From the NCBI GenBank assembly GCA_964016885.1, contig OZ024743.1:231570001-231634000 (forward strand): a stretch of 64,000 nucleotides of DNA, read 5' to 3'. A program made the translations under genes and the position numbers. Position 1 is the stretch's first letter; every line of letters begins with the position of its first letter. This DNA comes from Eledone cirrhosa. Lineage: Eukaryota. The notes under the pieces were generated by a model. The model did no database searches. It saw only the letters and a list, made by a program, of their open reading frames with translations, and was not told the origin of the DNA. Positions 13,578-29,155 of the stretch are shown one piece after another.

Positions 13578-13783
13578 AATTAACACTTAGAATTTAATAT
13601 TCTATCATACTATTTCATTATAATACCATTATATATATTTTAAAGGATTGTAAATAAAACGAGTAAATCAGACAAAGTTGGAATTCCTCTTATTAATATA
13701 ATCTTCTATACACAATCATACACACCCGTGTATATTTACCTATCTATATCTATATATATATAGATATAGATAGGTAAATATAC

Positions 13784-14633
13784 ACAGTTCGAACTGATCC
13801 ACTTTGGAAAAGAGGATGCTCTGAATCTCCCGTACTCCCTTCCCTCCGGGGAAACTCTCGTGGCATCTAACAACATCAGAGACTTGGGAGTAACCGTGGA
13901 CAGCAACATAAGCTGGACCACGCATATAAGCAGCAAAGTTGACATGGCCCGCAGAATGTGTTCCTGGATCCTCAGAACCTTCCAGTCGAGAGATTCCCAC
14001 ACCATTATCCTTCTCTTCTCTAATTTTGCCCGACCACACCTTGAATACTGTTGTCCACTGTGGTCTCCCCACACGAAACAAAGTATCATGAAACTTGAAG
14101 CTCCTCAAAGGGCAATCACGAAAAAGATAGATGGCATGTCAGACCTTGACTACTGGGGTCGATTAGAAAACCTGAAACTTTACTCACTCCAACGTCGCCG
14201 TGAGCGTTATATTATCTGCATGATGTGGAAAATGTTCCATCATCACTGCCCAAATGATGTTGGCATCGCCTTCAAGATACACCCAAGGCTTGGGCCCCGT
14301 GCTATCCGTCCCATTCAAAAATCTAAATCGCAACTCATAACAACAATACGGCACAATTATTTCACCTCAATCGGCCATGCTCTCTTCAACATCACACCAG
14401 GACACGTCAAAACAGAAACTGACCACACAAAATTCAAGAAGTCTTTGGACAAATTCCTCCAAGTAATCCCGGACAAACCACCCACACCCGGATATGTCTC
14501 CGCAAACAGTAATTCTTTTCTCGAATGGGCCATGGTGCCCAAATCCTGAATTGAAAGACTTCGCCAGGTGGTGCTATTAAGTTAGACATGGCCTGGGCCA
14601 ATACTGGCCAAAACATTTCAAAGTTATTCAAAG

Positions 14634-14636
<3 letters not shown>
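13784..14636 (+). mobile_element. 5'-truncated CR1-type LINE, second family (ORF2 C-terminal part 13860-14549)
   Basis: [47 protein letters not shown]; 3' end with (TTCAAAGTTA)2. Confidence 0.85.
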
Positions 14637-14717
<81 letters not shown>

Positions 14718-14769
14718 GTATATATATATGTATATATATATGTATATATATATATGTATATATATATGT

Positions 14770-16128
14770 ATAGACTTCGCCGAAACACTTGTGCCCATCA
14801 CCGACCAGGAAAGAAAAATCATCCTCCACGCCAGGAAGACAGTCTTACTCTTTGACGACTCTAAATGGATAAAAAGAGCTCCCGACTCACCCTTCGACGT
14901 CAGCATGGGCGCCACGGATTCGGCGGAGGTCACAGATCTTATAGGATTATTCCTAATAGCCAAACTCACTGATATGTTTCCTGCATTCGGTGGTGGATTG
15001 TACCGTGATGATGGGCTCCTTACCCTTAAAGGTTACAACCCCAGTAGTACAGATCGGGTCCGGAAACAATTAATCAGATTCTTCCGCGACTGGGGATTTA
15101 AAATAACCCTACAAACGTCCCTGACCCGAGTAAACTTCCTGGACGTGACCCTCGACCTCGAAAACGACCTGTACTACCTATGCAGGAAACCTAATGACAA
15201 TCTGCACTACATCCACCGCCGATCAAACCATCCTAGGAACATCACAAACAACCTGGTCAAAAACATCTCCCTCCGCATATCCCGTTTGTCAGCTATTGAG
15301 CGGATATTCGATGAACATGCGCCTTATTACAACCAGGCCCTCAAGCGGAGTGGTTTCCGGGAGGAAATATCCTACTGTCCAGCTCCCATTAGCGGAACCA
15401 GCAGGAGACACCGCCGCTCACGCAATGTAACATGGTTCAATCCTCCCCACAACGCAGAGGGAACAACTCCCATCGGGAAACTATTCTTTAGGCTCATTGA
15501 AAAACACTTCCCATTACAACACCGCTACCACAACATAATTAACAAAAATACCATCAAACTCTCTTACAGCACTACACCAAACTTCGCACAAAACATCGTC
15601 TCCTCTAACAACAAAATACTCAACCCCGATGGCAGAAATAACCTAAATAGCAGTGGAGAACCGACCAGGAGGTGTAACTGCCCGGATAGATGAATTTGCC
15701 CACTCGACAATAGATGAAGAGAACGTAATCTGATCTACCAGTGCAACGTGAGGACGGATACTTCCAACAAAGCATATATAGGACTTACCGCATGTGACTT
15801 CAAGACCCGGCTATACCAACATAGACATACCTTCCGAAACCCGGCCCGGCGTCACGCCACTACACTTTCGGGTCACATATGGGACCTCAAGGACAACAAC
15901 ATCACCTATGATCTCACTTGGAGATTACTGTCCAGAGCCAATTCTTACACGGGAGGACGCCGTCCGTGCAATTTATGCTCGGAGGAAACTTTACAAATGC
16001 TGTTTTCGACGGACCAACTCCTAAACAAGAAAGATGAACTGGTTACTGCATGTAAACATAGATTGCGTAGGACTTACCTCGCCCTCAAACCCCATAATGA
16101 CCCGGGGGGGGGAAGACTAGGGCTATAA
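14770..16128 (+). pseudogene. PLE RT/EN reading frame with two in-frame TGA codons (15691-15693, 15715-15717)
   Basis: [71 protein letters not shown]. Confidence 0.85.
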
Positions 16129-17224
16129 CACCCCACTTGCCGATTTTGCAATGGGTAACCCCTGCTTGCCAAGGGAGACGTAAGACCTTCTTTGTATTCT
16201 TTTATCGCTTCCTTTATTTCCTTCCCCCCTCTCTCCTTAGTCCTTCTACCCCAGCTCTTCTCCTTTGTCGGCATCTTTTCTCGCCCACCCGAGGCTGCGC
16301 TTTGGCCTCTTGTAGCCTTAGTACCCCCACCCCCTCCCCTAGTCTATGATAGATTTGGCGGACTCCGCCCTTTATAGCAGTTGGTTTAGACCCCGGATAC
16401 TTGTCCCCTTTTCCCGACCGCTCCCACTATTCTCTGTGCCCTCTATATTTCTTAGTGGCACTTATGCCTTATTTTTTCGTTTCAGTATTTCTTTCTTCGC
16501 TTTTCTTTTGGGCGGGGTGGATTCTGAATTTATTGTTCCGTATTCTACCTTTACTTCGTACGAACTTTCATGTAGCTTGTTTTAGATCTTTTAGAGTTAG
16601 CATTAGTATATATTTTTCTCGGGACTCAGAATTATTATCTCGTACTAGTTCACTTTGCTGCAACGCGTGGTTGCTGGCATTGTGCCCGGGATGGAAACCT
16701 TTATTGTTTATTTCGTGGTAGTCTCTTTAGTATTTTGGCCCCTTTTGTTGACCCGTCACCGTATCATTTACGTACTTATACCTCTTAAAAGGGTCCTTGC
16801 CTATATCGTCCCACCTAGTTCTTTTACTTATTTCGTTATTTCTTTATTTCTTTCTTTACTTCTTTCTTTCTTTATTTATTTATTTATTCTAGCCTAACGA
16901 TAGCTAGAGACCTAGGTCGTAGAATTTACTTTACTTTTTCTTTACACTTATTTGCTTTTCTTCACTCTCAGTATTTTTTCTTTCCTATATATTTCTACCC
17001 CCCATTGTTCTACCTACCGTTCCGACTTCCTCCCCCTCCCCCTCCCCTGTATCTTCTTTGACCTCATGCCCAGCTGTAGCTGGCACTACCAACGCTTGAT
17101 TGGGTCTACTCCACCCCCTCCCCCCTTTCTCCTACTGGCAGGTTTAGCCACCATCTCCCCTACTAATTTGCAACCACAGAATTACTACTGATTTTTGATA
17201 ATCACTTTGACCATATATGGAATT

Positions 17225-17318
17225 ACCCCTTGAGAAGATCGGCTATTTAAATACCAGGATAAATTTTTATTTAGTCCAGAATTAGCCGTCGAAACGGCTT
17301 GAGCTCAGCTGTCGGGGT
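17225..17318 (+). ncRNA. Type I hammerhead ribozyme motif, type G (U3:A8 core, extended helices II and III)
   Basis: ACCCC-TTGAGAA-GA-t-CGGCTA...TAGCCG-TC-GAAA-CGGCT-tgagctc-AGCTG-TC-GGGGT. Confidence 0.85.
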
Positions 17319-17410
17319 CTTACTGGTTCCTATTACCCACTCTACTACCTCAAGTATTGAGTACTTTGGTGCGTTTTGGTCCACCTGGTTCCTTACCACA
17401 TTTCCTTCGT

Positions 17411-17469
<59 letters not shown>

Positions 17470-17514
17470 GTATATATGTATATATATATATGTATATATA
17501 TATATGTATATATG

Positions 17515-17671
<157 letters not shown>

Positions 17672-17758
17672 GTATATATGTATATATATATATGTATATA
17701 TATATATGTATATATATAAATATATATGTGTATATATATATATATATGTATATATATG

Positions 17759-17789
<31 letters not shown>

Positions 17790-17790
17790 G

Positions 17791-17851
<61 letters not shown>

Positions 17852-17857
17852 ATTATT

Positions 17858-17916
<59 letters not shown>

Positions 17917-17979
17917 ATATATATATATATGTATATGTATATATGTATATGTATATATATATATGTATATATATGTATG

Positions 17980-18010
<31 letters not shown>

Positions 18011-18036
18011 ATTATAAAAAAATATATATGCAACTG

Positions 18037-18269
<233 letters not shown>

Positions 18270-18314
18270 GTATATATATATTTATATATATGTATATATA
18301 TATGTATATATATG

Positions 18315-18347
<33 letters not shown>

Positions 18348-18354
18348 GTATATA

Positions 18355-18387
<33 letters not shown>

Positions 18388-18726
18388 ATATATATATATG
18401 TATATATGTATGTATATATATATATATAGGTATATATGTATATATATATATGTATATATGTATATATATGTATATATATATATGCATATATGTATATATA
18501 TAGTTATATATGTATATATATATGTATATATGTATATATATATGTATATATGTATATATATATATATATGTATATATGTATATATATATATGTATATATG
18601 TATATATATATATATGTATATATATATATGTATATATGTAAATATATATATATATATATGTATATATATATGTATATATATATGTATATATATATGTATA
18701 TATATGTATATATATATGTATGTATA

Positions 18727-18799
<73 letters not shown>

Positions 18800-18800
18800 G

Positions 18801-18840
<40 letters not shown>

Positions 18841-18846
18841 TGTATA

Positions 18847-18929
<83 letters not shown>

Positions 18930-18988
18930 GTATATATATATATATGTATATATATGTATATATGCATATATATGTATATATATATAAA

Positions 18989-19037
<49 letters not shown>

Positions 19038-19072
19038 GTATATATATATATTCTTATGTATATATATATACG

Positions 19073-19115
<43 letters not shown>

Positions 19116-19117
19116 GA

Positions 19118-19165
<48 letters not shown>

Positions 19166-19166
19166 G

Positions 19167-19238
<72 letters not shown>

Positions 19239-19250
19239 TGTATATATATG

Positions 19251-19287
<37 letters not shown>

Positions 19288-19296
19288 GTATATATA

Positions 19297-19458
<162 letters not shown>

Positions 19459-19556
19459 TGCATATATATATATATATGTATATGTATATATATTTATATA
19501 TATGTATATATGTATAAATCAAAGTTAAAATATGTGGTGTCGTTCAATATGTGGTA

Positions 19557-20188
19557 TCATCCAGCAAGAATTGCTTCCCCCTGCATATTAACTCTCTAAA
19601 AAGGGAAATCATATCAGACCTCAGTCCACCATTTGCCTCCACCATGGAATGATGGATCAACTAAGCACTCTTGCTATATTAACACATTTTGATCTGCTTA
19701 ACTTCAAGAACTATGCCTGTAAATAACATTATTTTTTCTTCCAATTTGACTTTTTATGCTCTACATTACGCCCGTTTTTTTTCTTTTCTCTTTTCTCTTT
19801 TTTCCTTTTTCTTTTTTCTTTTTTCTTTTTCTTTTTTTCTTTTTTCTTTTTTCTTTTTTCTTTTTTCTTTTCACTTCATAAACCTTGTTTGTAAATAGCA
19901 TTATTCTATCTGCACCTTCTCTTTAACATGTCTGACACCACACTAATACATTTCACTATCATTTGATAGTGCATAAAAATCCTGAAACCGGTAATAGACA
20001 ATTATTAAATATATAAATAGATAAATAAATGCCGTTGTTAAATAATAAATAAATCAACTAATACCTTAACTCTGCAGACAAAGTAAAACATTTCGTTTTA
20101 ATCATTTTCTAACCCAGAAAAAAAGACTGAGAAACAAAAAAGGAAAAAAATATATTTTTCGTCCTAATAATCGTCTCTTTCTCCCTGT

Positions 20189-20192
<4 letters not shown>
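19557..20192 (+). mobile_element. ORF-less pLTR-like module, type F, copy 2 (HHR-like motif 19956-19997)
   Basis: Direct repeat of 6068-6752. Confidence 0.75.
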
Positions 20193-20257
<65 letters not shown>

Positions 20258-20259
20258 TG

Positions 20260-22985
20260 TAGGAGGTGAGTTTTATTGTAGTACAATAAAGCAATGCAGA
20301 TATCGGATAAGAAGCACTCTACAGTTTGTAGGACTGGAGTATAGATAATATAAGATCAAAAGATGGTTAAAGGAGTTCCATGTATTTTATTATGCGCATT
20401 TCAAAAACAAACATCATCATGCAATAATATTTGTGTTTTCATCAGATAAAACAGGAGAACATGATATGAAGGCTAAAAAACACTTGTGGATAGTGCAGTT
20501 TTAAATCAACATATGAAAAGTGGTTTTAGATTGATGTGTGATATTGGGAAAAATATATTATTTAGAGAGGGGGGGGGTGGAAAGGATGAAAAAGGGGAGG
20601 AGATGAGAGGGAGAGATGGGTGATAGAGAGAAAGAGATAGTTTTTATAACTGAGAGAAGATATATTCTTTTACATAGAGAGGTTGAAAACCGTTGGAAGA
20701 TAATGTATAAATTAAAAGAATTTGAAAATTAACGAAGGGAAGAAATGTACGAGGAAAAAGTATTTTATTTAGGGAGGGGGGGGTGGAAGGGATGAAAAAA
20801 AGGGGGAGGAGATGAGAGTGAAGGTGGAGAGGGAGAGATGGGTGATAGAGAGAAAGAGATAGTTTTTATAACTGAGAAAAGATATATTGTTTTACATAGA
20901 GAGGTTGAGAACCGTTGGAAGATAATGTATAAATTAAAAGAATTTGAAAATTAACGAAGGGAATTTATGTATGAAGATAGAGAGAAAAAATAATAATTGT
21001 GGATGAATATTCTAACGTCAAAAAAAGTGTATGTTGATAAGTATTATGGCAATTTCAAAATTAACGAAGAGAAAAAATTATTAAGGTTTGTGTGTAGAAG
21101 GATTTGAGAAAAATAATGTGAAGTTAAAGTTTGTATATTGAAGGAATTAATATGTGCGAATAAAGAGTTAATATGTATTAAGAATGAGTTCGTTGATGGG
21201 GAGAAAAAATAATAAATTAAGGATGAAATTGAGATTAAAAAGTTTTATGATAGAGAGAAAAAATAATAATAATTGCGGATGAATATTCTAACGTCAAAAA
21301 AACAAATGTATATGTTATGAAGGATTTTACAAGGTGAAGATACAAAGTGGGTAATGAGTAAACAAGTATTATAGAGTGTATAATGCCCTTTGAAGTAAGG
21401 TAAGAAGATGGGTATATTTTAAAGAGGTGTATGTATATGTGCCTTTGAGAAAAGATTCTAAATTGATAAAGAATTGAATATTAACTGTATACTTTGTGAA
21501 AAGTCCTATGGAATTTATGCAGGCAGATAGAAAACAAATCTGTACGTCTATTTATTATAGAATCTAGGTTAGAGATAATGGTAAATTTTTCATTTAGGCA
21601 GAGATTACAGATTTTAGATAGAGAGCTGTTCAAGTATCAGGATGCAGAAGAAACCTTCTTCCAAAAGATGGTATATTTAATGTTTTTGTCTTTCAAGGAC
21701 CATATGAGTTCTGAGAGAGCCGTGTTGGCTCTTTTAAGTTTGTATTTGAAAGATGAATGATGATTGTAGAGACGAGCTTTAAAAGAGGTGGAAGTGGAGC
21801 CAAAATAGGTGAAGGAATTGGTGCTAGTTATAACTTTACATTCATAAATTAAGTTTTTATCGAGACAGTGGTTGTTGAGAGGACATTTATTTTTAATGCG
21901 GCAGTTGCAATTAGAGAGATTATTAATGAGTGGCCTAGTGTTATCTATAGAAGGAATTGGATTGGAGAAGTTGTTTGCGATAGGAATAATAGGAATAATA
22001 GTTTCTTGATTTAGAGTTGGATTATGAACATTTAGCGAAGTTGTGTTTGACGTTGTATTTGGGTTTACAGAAGTTAGCCTAGGGTTTACAATGACGTCGG
22101 GAGTACTATTACTGTTATTATGAAATTCAATGTTGGAAGGAAGAGATTTAGTATTTAGTATTTTATTGTTGTGTTTAGAGATGATGTTGGAAATATTGGA
22201 GGATGTAGAATAAAAAAATTTGATGGTGTGTTTGTTAAATATTTTACTATAGATATGTGAGGGAGGGAAGCATTTATTTAAGGCACTAAAAAATAATTTA
22301 GGAATATTGTTATTAATAGAGATGGAGAAAGGAGCATTATACCAGATTATGTTTTTGTATCTAGGTCTTTTATTAAAATTATTGGAATGATCATGATTAA
22401 TTATTCTACTGTAAGTTTTTCTAGAATTTGTTTCTTTACTATATTTGATTTTATCTGGATAGCCGGCTTTAGAAAGTGCGTTATTATAGTAATTGGCGTT
22501 AGCATCAAAGATGATTTATTAGAAGATATGTTAGATATTCTTTTTCCAATATTACTAACTATAGCATTCTTGATATTGGTAGGATGGTTAGATTTAAAGT
22601 TAACATCATTTAGGTTCTCATTGTTTTTATGGTAAGGGTAATATAGGCCAGTGTCAAGATTAAGAGATACATCCAAGAAATTAGCTAGTTTGATACTATT
22701 ATCAAATTCAATGTTTAGGTTATGTTGGTTAAAGAGATTACGTATATTGTTCTTAATAATATTAAGGTTAACTATATTGCAATTTAGGATAGTAAAGAGT
22801 CCATCGTCACGATAAATTCCACCGCGAAGTTGAGGAATTTTCCGACTCAAAGAGTTCAAGATGAAGATACCAATTAAATCAGTCAATTGGGATGAATCGG
22901 ATGCTCCCATTGTGATGTCGAAGTTGTTAGAGGTATCGGCTCTGGTCCAATATTCGTTGTTGAAATCTAGGATGGTTTTACGTGC

Positions 22986-22986
<1 letters not shown>
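20260..22986 (-). mobile_element. Hydra-clade-like PLE, copy C (5'-truncated, frameshifted)
   Basis: Minus strand [30 protein letters not shown] (22401-22985); CNCRIKNKCPLNNHC...YFGSTSTSFKARLYNH EN remnant ~21560-21910; tandem duplication in 3' UTR ~20555-20965. Confidence 0.85.
20385..20451 (-). ncRNA. Type I hammerhead ribozyme motif (canonical core, ATGCGCAT helix III)
   Basis: TTTTAT-CTGATGA-AAAcACAAATATTATT..GATGATGTTTGT-TTT-GAAA-TGCGCA-TA-ATAAAA. Confidence 0.85.
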
Positions 22987-23082
<96 letters not shown>

Positions 23083-23112
23083 TATATGTATATATATATA
23101 TAAATATATATG

Positions 23113-23259
<147 letters not shown>

Positions 23260-23261
23260 GT

Positions 23262-23886
23262 AGAAAGAAAAAGTGATGAAATCGAAAATGCAACTGGAGT
23301 CTTATTTTTTTTTAAATTATATATATTTATTTTGTTCCTTTACCGGTTTCGCAGTTCTTCTGCTTTTCAAAAGGTGAGTTGAGATGGAGGGTCTGTGGTT
23401 TTTCTCACATCTGGTTGGTCTCTGAATGTTACTTGTTTTATATGGAAAAAGTGGCTCGAAATGCCAGGTTTTTCGAGAAGTAATTTGATTGGTTTGTCAA
23501 TAATTATAATAAATTTCGCGCCAGTTCGCGTTACAATAGTTCTTCAAATGAGAGGTGGGGGGTTGTCACAGATTGTTTTTTCATATATGAGTGTTTGAAT
23601 TTCTTTTTACTTGAAAAAAGGAGGCTCACGAAGGCTTTTTTTTGGTTGGTTATAAATGAAATTTGGCTGTCAGGTGAACAAGTTTTCATTACATTTTTGC
23701 GCCCTTATTTGGAAAACTATTCTGTAGTCTTTATAGTGAATGTTATGACAATGGAGAGAGAGTGGTCAAGAGAAAAGGGATTGGGAGAATTGTTCTGGTT
23801 CAGTGAATATGGTTAGTTCGCTGGGGTGTCAGAGTTCAGGTTTTCTATTGAAGTGAAGATATGTGTTTATTTGTGTGCTTGTGTGT

Positions 23887-23925
<39 letters not shown>

Positions 23926-25205
23926 TGTATGTGTGTATTGGAAGATGATTCTATTAGTAGAGATGGGGGAGGGAGTTGTGTGTGTGTGTATATGGGTATT
24001 ATGTGTGTGTGTGCGAGTATGTTAAGATGGAGAGAATATATATTTTGTGTGTGTGTATATATATATATGTGTGTGTAGGAAAGTGTTTCTATTAGTAGAA
24101 ATGGTGAGGGAGTTGTAGGTGTGGGTGTTGTTATGTGTGTGTATGGGTGTTATGTGTGTGGGAGTATGGTTAGCATGTTAAGATGAAGAGAATATATATA
24201 TATATATATTGTGTGTGTGTGTAGGAAAGTGATTCCTTTAGTAGGAATATTTTTGAATGAACATATTTTCCTTACTTATTCGTGTTTGCTGTTGTATTGT
24301 CAGTGCAAACGTATGTTAAGATTTATTTGGTTCGGGTTTTTATTTTCTAAAGTAGAAGGTGTTATGTGTGTGTGTGTATGTTATATTATGCTGTTGACAT
24401 AATGTATATTAAATCTTATTTAATGTTGGTCTATATTTTTGAATAAACATATTTTCCTTATTTATTCGCATTTGTTCTGTTGTATTGTTAGCGCAAAGGT
24501 AAAATTGGAAGACTTGGAATGTGGGTTTCTTATTACTTGCGCAAATGTCTAGATGTGCACTTAGTGGTATCTGTCTCGTGGTTGGATCTCGTAATTGTTG
24601 GCGATGAACTGTCATTCTGTTTCTGAGTGTGAGTTTAGTTTGTCCTATATAATCTTCATTGCATCCTTTACATTTAATGGCATAAAGTAGATTTTTTGAT
24701 GAGCAATGGAAGTGATTTTTACAATAAAATGTTGTCCTGATTTAAATGTATACGTGTTGCCTTCAATGAGGTAAGTGCAGGTTCCAAAATTAGAGCGACC
24801 ACATTTTTTTATACTTGGTTGTGGGTTTGTGGTAGGTAATTTGGCATTGGTGAGTAATGTTTTCAGTGATTTTGGTTGTCTTTTGCTTTTGATTATTTTG
24901 TGTGTTTCAAGGGCTTTTTTAATTCTTGGGTTTTGTTTTAGTAGTGCGATGTTATTGTGAATAGTGTTGTAAGCTTCCGCATTTCTTATACATTTAAATC
25001 AGGACAAAATTTTACTGTAAAAAATCACTTCCCTTGCTCATCAAAAAATCTACTTTATGCCATTAAATGTAAAGGATGCGATGAAGATTATATAGGACAA
25101 ACTAAACTCACACTCAGAAACAGATGACAGTTCATCGCCAACAATTACGAGATCCAACCACGAGACAGATACCTCTAAGTGCACATCTAGACATTTGCGC
25201 AAGTA
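23262..25205 (-). mobile_element. Neptune-like PLE 3' fragment (GIY-YIG EN ~24409-24960) with inverted duplication at 24989-25205
   Basis: Minus strand KCGRSNFGTCTY...CSSKNLLYAIKCKGCNEDYIGQTKLTLRNRMTVHRQQ...HLDIC...KENMFIQKYRPTLN; type D HHR at the 3' end. Confidence 0.75.
23337..23374 (-). ncRNA. Minimal hammerhead, type D (U3:A8)
   Basis: Identical to 4094-4131. Confidence 0.8.
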
Positions 25206-25222
25206 ATATATATACATTTATG

Positions 25223-25254
<32 letters not shown>

Positions 25255-25260
25255 AATATG

Positions 25261-25455
<195 letters not shown>

Positions 25456-25468
25456 GTATATATATATG

Positions 25469-25499
<31 letters not shown>

Positions 25500-25514
25500 G
25501 TATATATATATATA

Positions 25515-25634
<120 letters not shown>

Positions 25635-25762
25635 AAGTTATATTTAAAATTGTTGGGTTACAACTAGTAAATATTTATAACTGATATAAAAGCACTCGAC
25701 AAATATTTGGAGTATATTTACAATATTAAATAAATGGAAAACTATATTTATAAAACCATATT

Positions 25763-25828
25763 TATTTCATTATATATATTTCGGGGATATCATATTAACA
25801 ATATGCTATGCCTTCATCAGACAAAATA
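25763..25828 (-). ncRNA. Hammerhead motif, type B (inverted pLTR copy)
   Basis: Reverse complement of 28675-28740. Confidence 0.65.
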
Positions 25829-26154
25829 CAATATAAACAGTTTTATAGATAAATATATTCGACATACCGTAATAAACATCAACTTCATTTGAAGAGGTTT
25901 ACTCTAGCAGTGAAAATACAGAGAGAAAGAAAAAGAGAGAGAAAAGAGGGAAATAAGAAAGAAAGAAAGACAAAACGAAGAAAAGGAAGAAAAAGAAGAA
26001 AAAGAAAAAGAAGAAATGCATGGGACAAAATAGAGAGATGGACAAATAGATAAAGCGAAGAGCTTCATGTAAAGAGACAGAAAGATATATATATAGAGAG
26101 AGAGAGAGGAAATAGAGATAGATACATATATAAATATAGAAAAATTAGGTAGTA

Positions 26155-27098
26155 ACTCTAACCACCCCAGATCTGTCAAAAACACTATAGTAAACTCAGT
26201 CCAAAAACGTATCTCTAGGATCTCGTCGAATAGAAAGATTTTTGACGAAAAGGCCCAATACTATAATGATGCACTAGCTAGGGCAGGGTATGCTGATAAG
26301 ATTGTGTACATAGATAATGATAAACAAACTAAACAAAGTAACAACTTTTTTAATTACGGCAACAACATTGACAACTATAATAGAAAGCATTACAATAATT
26401 CCAAAGGACAAAAAAGAAATAGAACTAGGAACATAATTTGGTTTGCCCCCCCTTTCTCACTAAACATTAAAACCCACATCGCTAAATTATTTTTCAAAGC
26501 TCTTGATAATCGCTTCCCTAGAACACATAGGTACCACTCAATCTTCAATAGGCATACAATTAAATTAACCTACTCATCCACCAAAAATTTACCACAAAAT
26601 ATTAATAGAATAAATAATAGAAACTTAAAACCTACTGATAATAGCATAAATAATATACAAGTTAACAAATGTAACTGTAGAGATAGATCTAAATGTCCGT
26701 TAAATAACAACTGCTTAGTTAAAAATATAGTATACAATTGTAATGTTAATACTGACTCTAATTCTTTTAACTACGTCGGTTCCACATCGACGGAATTTAA
26801 ACTTCGCTATAATAACCACAAGAATTCTTTCACAGATCCAAATAAAAAATCTTCAACGGCACTATCAGGGGTACTCTGGCAACTTAAGCTAGATAACGTT
26901 AGATATTCGACGGCTTGGAATATAGTCTCAAGAGGGATTCCTTTTAATTCATCCTCTGAGACATGTGACCTCTGCGCAGAGGAGATATTCTTTATACTAA
27001 AATCTAAAAATTCCCTTAACCTACGGACAAATTTATTCAGTTGTTGCAAACATAGATTAAAGGCAACGTTTAAATATAAATTTAAATTTAAAATGTAG
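26155..27098 (+). pseudogene. 5'-truncated PLE ORF (RT thumb, linker and EN)
   Basis: IIWFAPPFS, CNCRDRSKCPLNNNC, IVYNC...YVGSTSTEFKLRYNNH, CDLCAEE, CCKHR. Confidence 0.85.
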
Positions 27099-27521
27099 TA
27101 TATTTAGTTTGATTTATATTTATATGAGAACTAGCCGATAAATCTTTTGATTCCTAAATCTTTGATTCCCTCTTTTTAATCTTTTTATTGTTTATTTTAT
27201 TTTATTTATTTTTATTTTTATCTAAACATTCCTCATGAAAAATTAAGCTACCCTAAAAGCCGATGCTCCAAATTTTTTGAATTAACCTTACACTTGATAA
27301 ACTTATATATTAAATATAGGAACATATGTAGACATTATTGGACATCATAATCTTTTTTGCGATATTCCTTGCTAGATGTGATTTGATAGATAATTTTTGG
27401 CTTTGTCTTGTAGTGAACTTGGCAATATATTGTCAATTAACTTTGAAGGGTTGTTCTTTGTGGTTTATTTTTATTTTCATTTTTATTTTTATTTTTATTT
27501 TTATTTTTATTTTTATTTTTA

Positions 27522-27552
<31 letters not shown>

Positions 27553-28282
27553 TTTATTTTTTATTTTTTTTTATTTTTATTTTTATTTTTATTTTTATTC
27601 TTTTAGTATTGTAGTATTCTATAATTTTTATTTTTTATTTTATTTTATTTTTATTTTTAATATTTTTATATGTAAATTTTTATTTTTAATATTTTTATAT
27701 GTAAAGTTTTAATACGTAATATTTTTAATACGTAGTATTTTTAATATGCAATATTTTTATTATGTAATATTCTTTCGTAATATTCTTTTTTAGTTTTCTA
27801 TTCTATATTTTTATATATTTTTACTTATTATCATTATTATTGCTATCTTTGCTTATAATATAATATATATTTTCGATTAGTATATTGAAATCTGCTCTCT
27901 ATTTCTGCTTGATAGATAATCTTGTAGAGTAATCGCAAGAATAATAATACGCTCAAATTTTTATACCACATTGAGAATGTTTTCCGGTAACTTAGAATTT
28001 GCGGAGTGAATCAGTTGGATTCACATTGATGTTTGTAGCTGTCACATAGACATATGAATTTTTTAAAAAAATAAACATAAGATAATGAATTTTCACGCAT
28101 TGTGAATACTTGTTTCATTCAGGAATACTGATATTTACAATATAGTGTAAGTTTTATAAATACTAATACATTAAAACATAGGGTTTCCTACGCCTCGAAT
28201 ATGTCTGGCTATTTTTAAATTTTTTCTCTCTCTATATCTCTCTATATCTCTCTATATATCTCCCTTACATTAATACTTGAGC

Positions 28283-28313
<31 letters not shown>

Positions 28314-28674
28314 ATGCATCATTGATACACTTACTCAAAATGACCTCCCACTACCTAATTTTTCTATATTTATATATGTATCTATCTCTATTTCCTCTCT
28401 CTCTATATATATATATATCTTTCTGTCTCTTTACATGAAGCTCTTCGCTTTATCTATTTTTCCATCTCTCTATTTTGTCCCATGCATTTCTTCTTTTTCT
28501 TTTTGTTCTTTTTCTTCCTTTTCTTCGTTTTGTCTTTCTTTCTTTCTTATTTCCCTCTTTTCTCTCTCTTTTTCTTTCTCTCTGTATTTTCACTGCTAGA
28601 GTAAACCTCTTCAAATGAAGTTGATGTTTATTACGGTATGTCGAATATATTTATCTATAAAACTGTTTATATTG

Positions 28675-28740
28675 TATTTTGTCTGATGAAGGCATAGCAT
28701 ATTGTTAATATGATATCCCCGAAATATATATAATGAAATA
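28675..28740 (+). ncRNA. Hammerhead motif, type B
   Basis: TATTTTGT-CTGATGA-aGGcATAgCATATT-gtt-AATATGaTATcCCc-GAAA-TATATA-TA-ATGAAATA (helix I with two G-U pairs). Confidence 0.65.
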
Positions 28741-28805
28741 AATATGGTTTTATAAATATAGTTTTCCATTTATTTAATATTGTATATATATATATATATA
28801 TATAC

Positions 28806-28850
<45 letters not shown>

Positions 28851-28852
28851 CA

Positions 28853-28993
<141 letters not shown>

Positions 28994-29072
28994 GTATATA
29001 TAAACAAGGTTTAGCAAATAATGAAAAAGTTTCAAAATAAATTTTAAAAAATTGACTTTACCTACTATAGTT

Positions 29073-29155
29073 ACCTTTACCGATCGGTTTCGAATCCCAA
29101 AAATAAACGGAGACCAAACAGTCTTCATTGCAAAGAAAGATTCTCGTCAGAATGT
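29073..29155 (-). ncRNA. Hammerhead motif (ACCGATCGGT helix III) in a solo pLTR fragment 29002-29282
   Basis: ACATT-CTGACGA-GAATC..(~42 nt)..GATTC-GAAA-CCGATCGG-TA-AAGGT. Confidence 0.75.

Larger units (their letters stand above)
14770..17411 (+). mobile_element. Hydra-clade-like PLE, copy B (5'-truncated), with type G HHR terminus
   Basis: RT-EN reading frame 14770-16128, long pyrimidine-rich 3' UTR, HHR, TA flanks. Confidence 0.9.
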
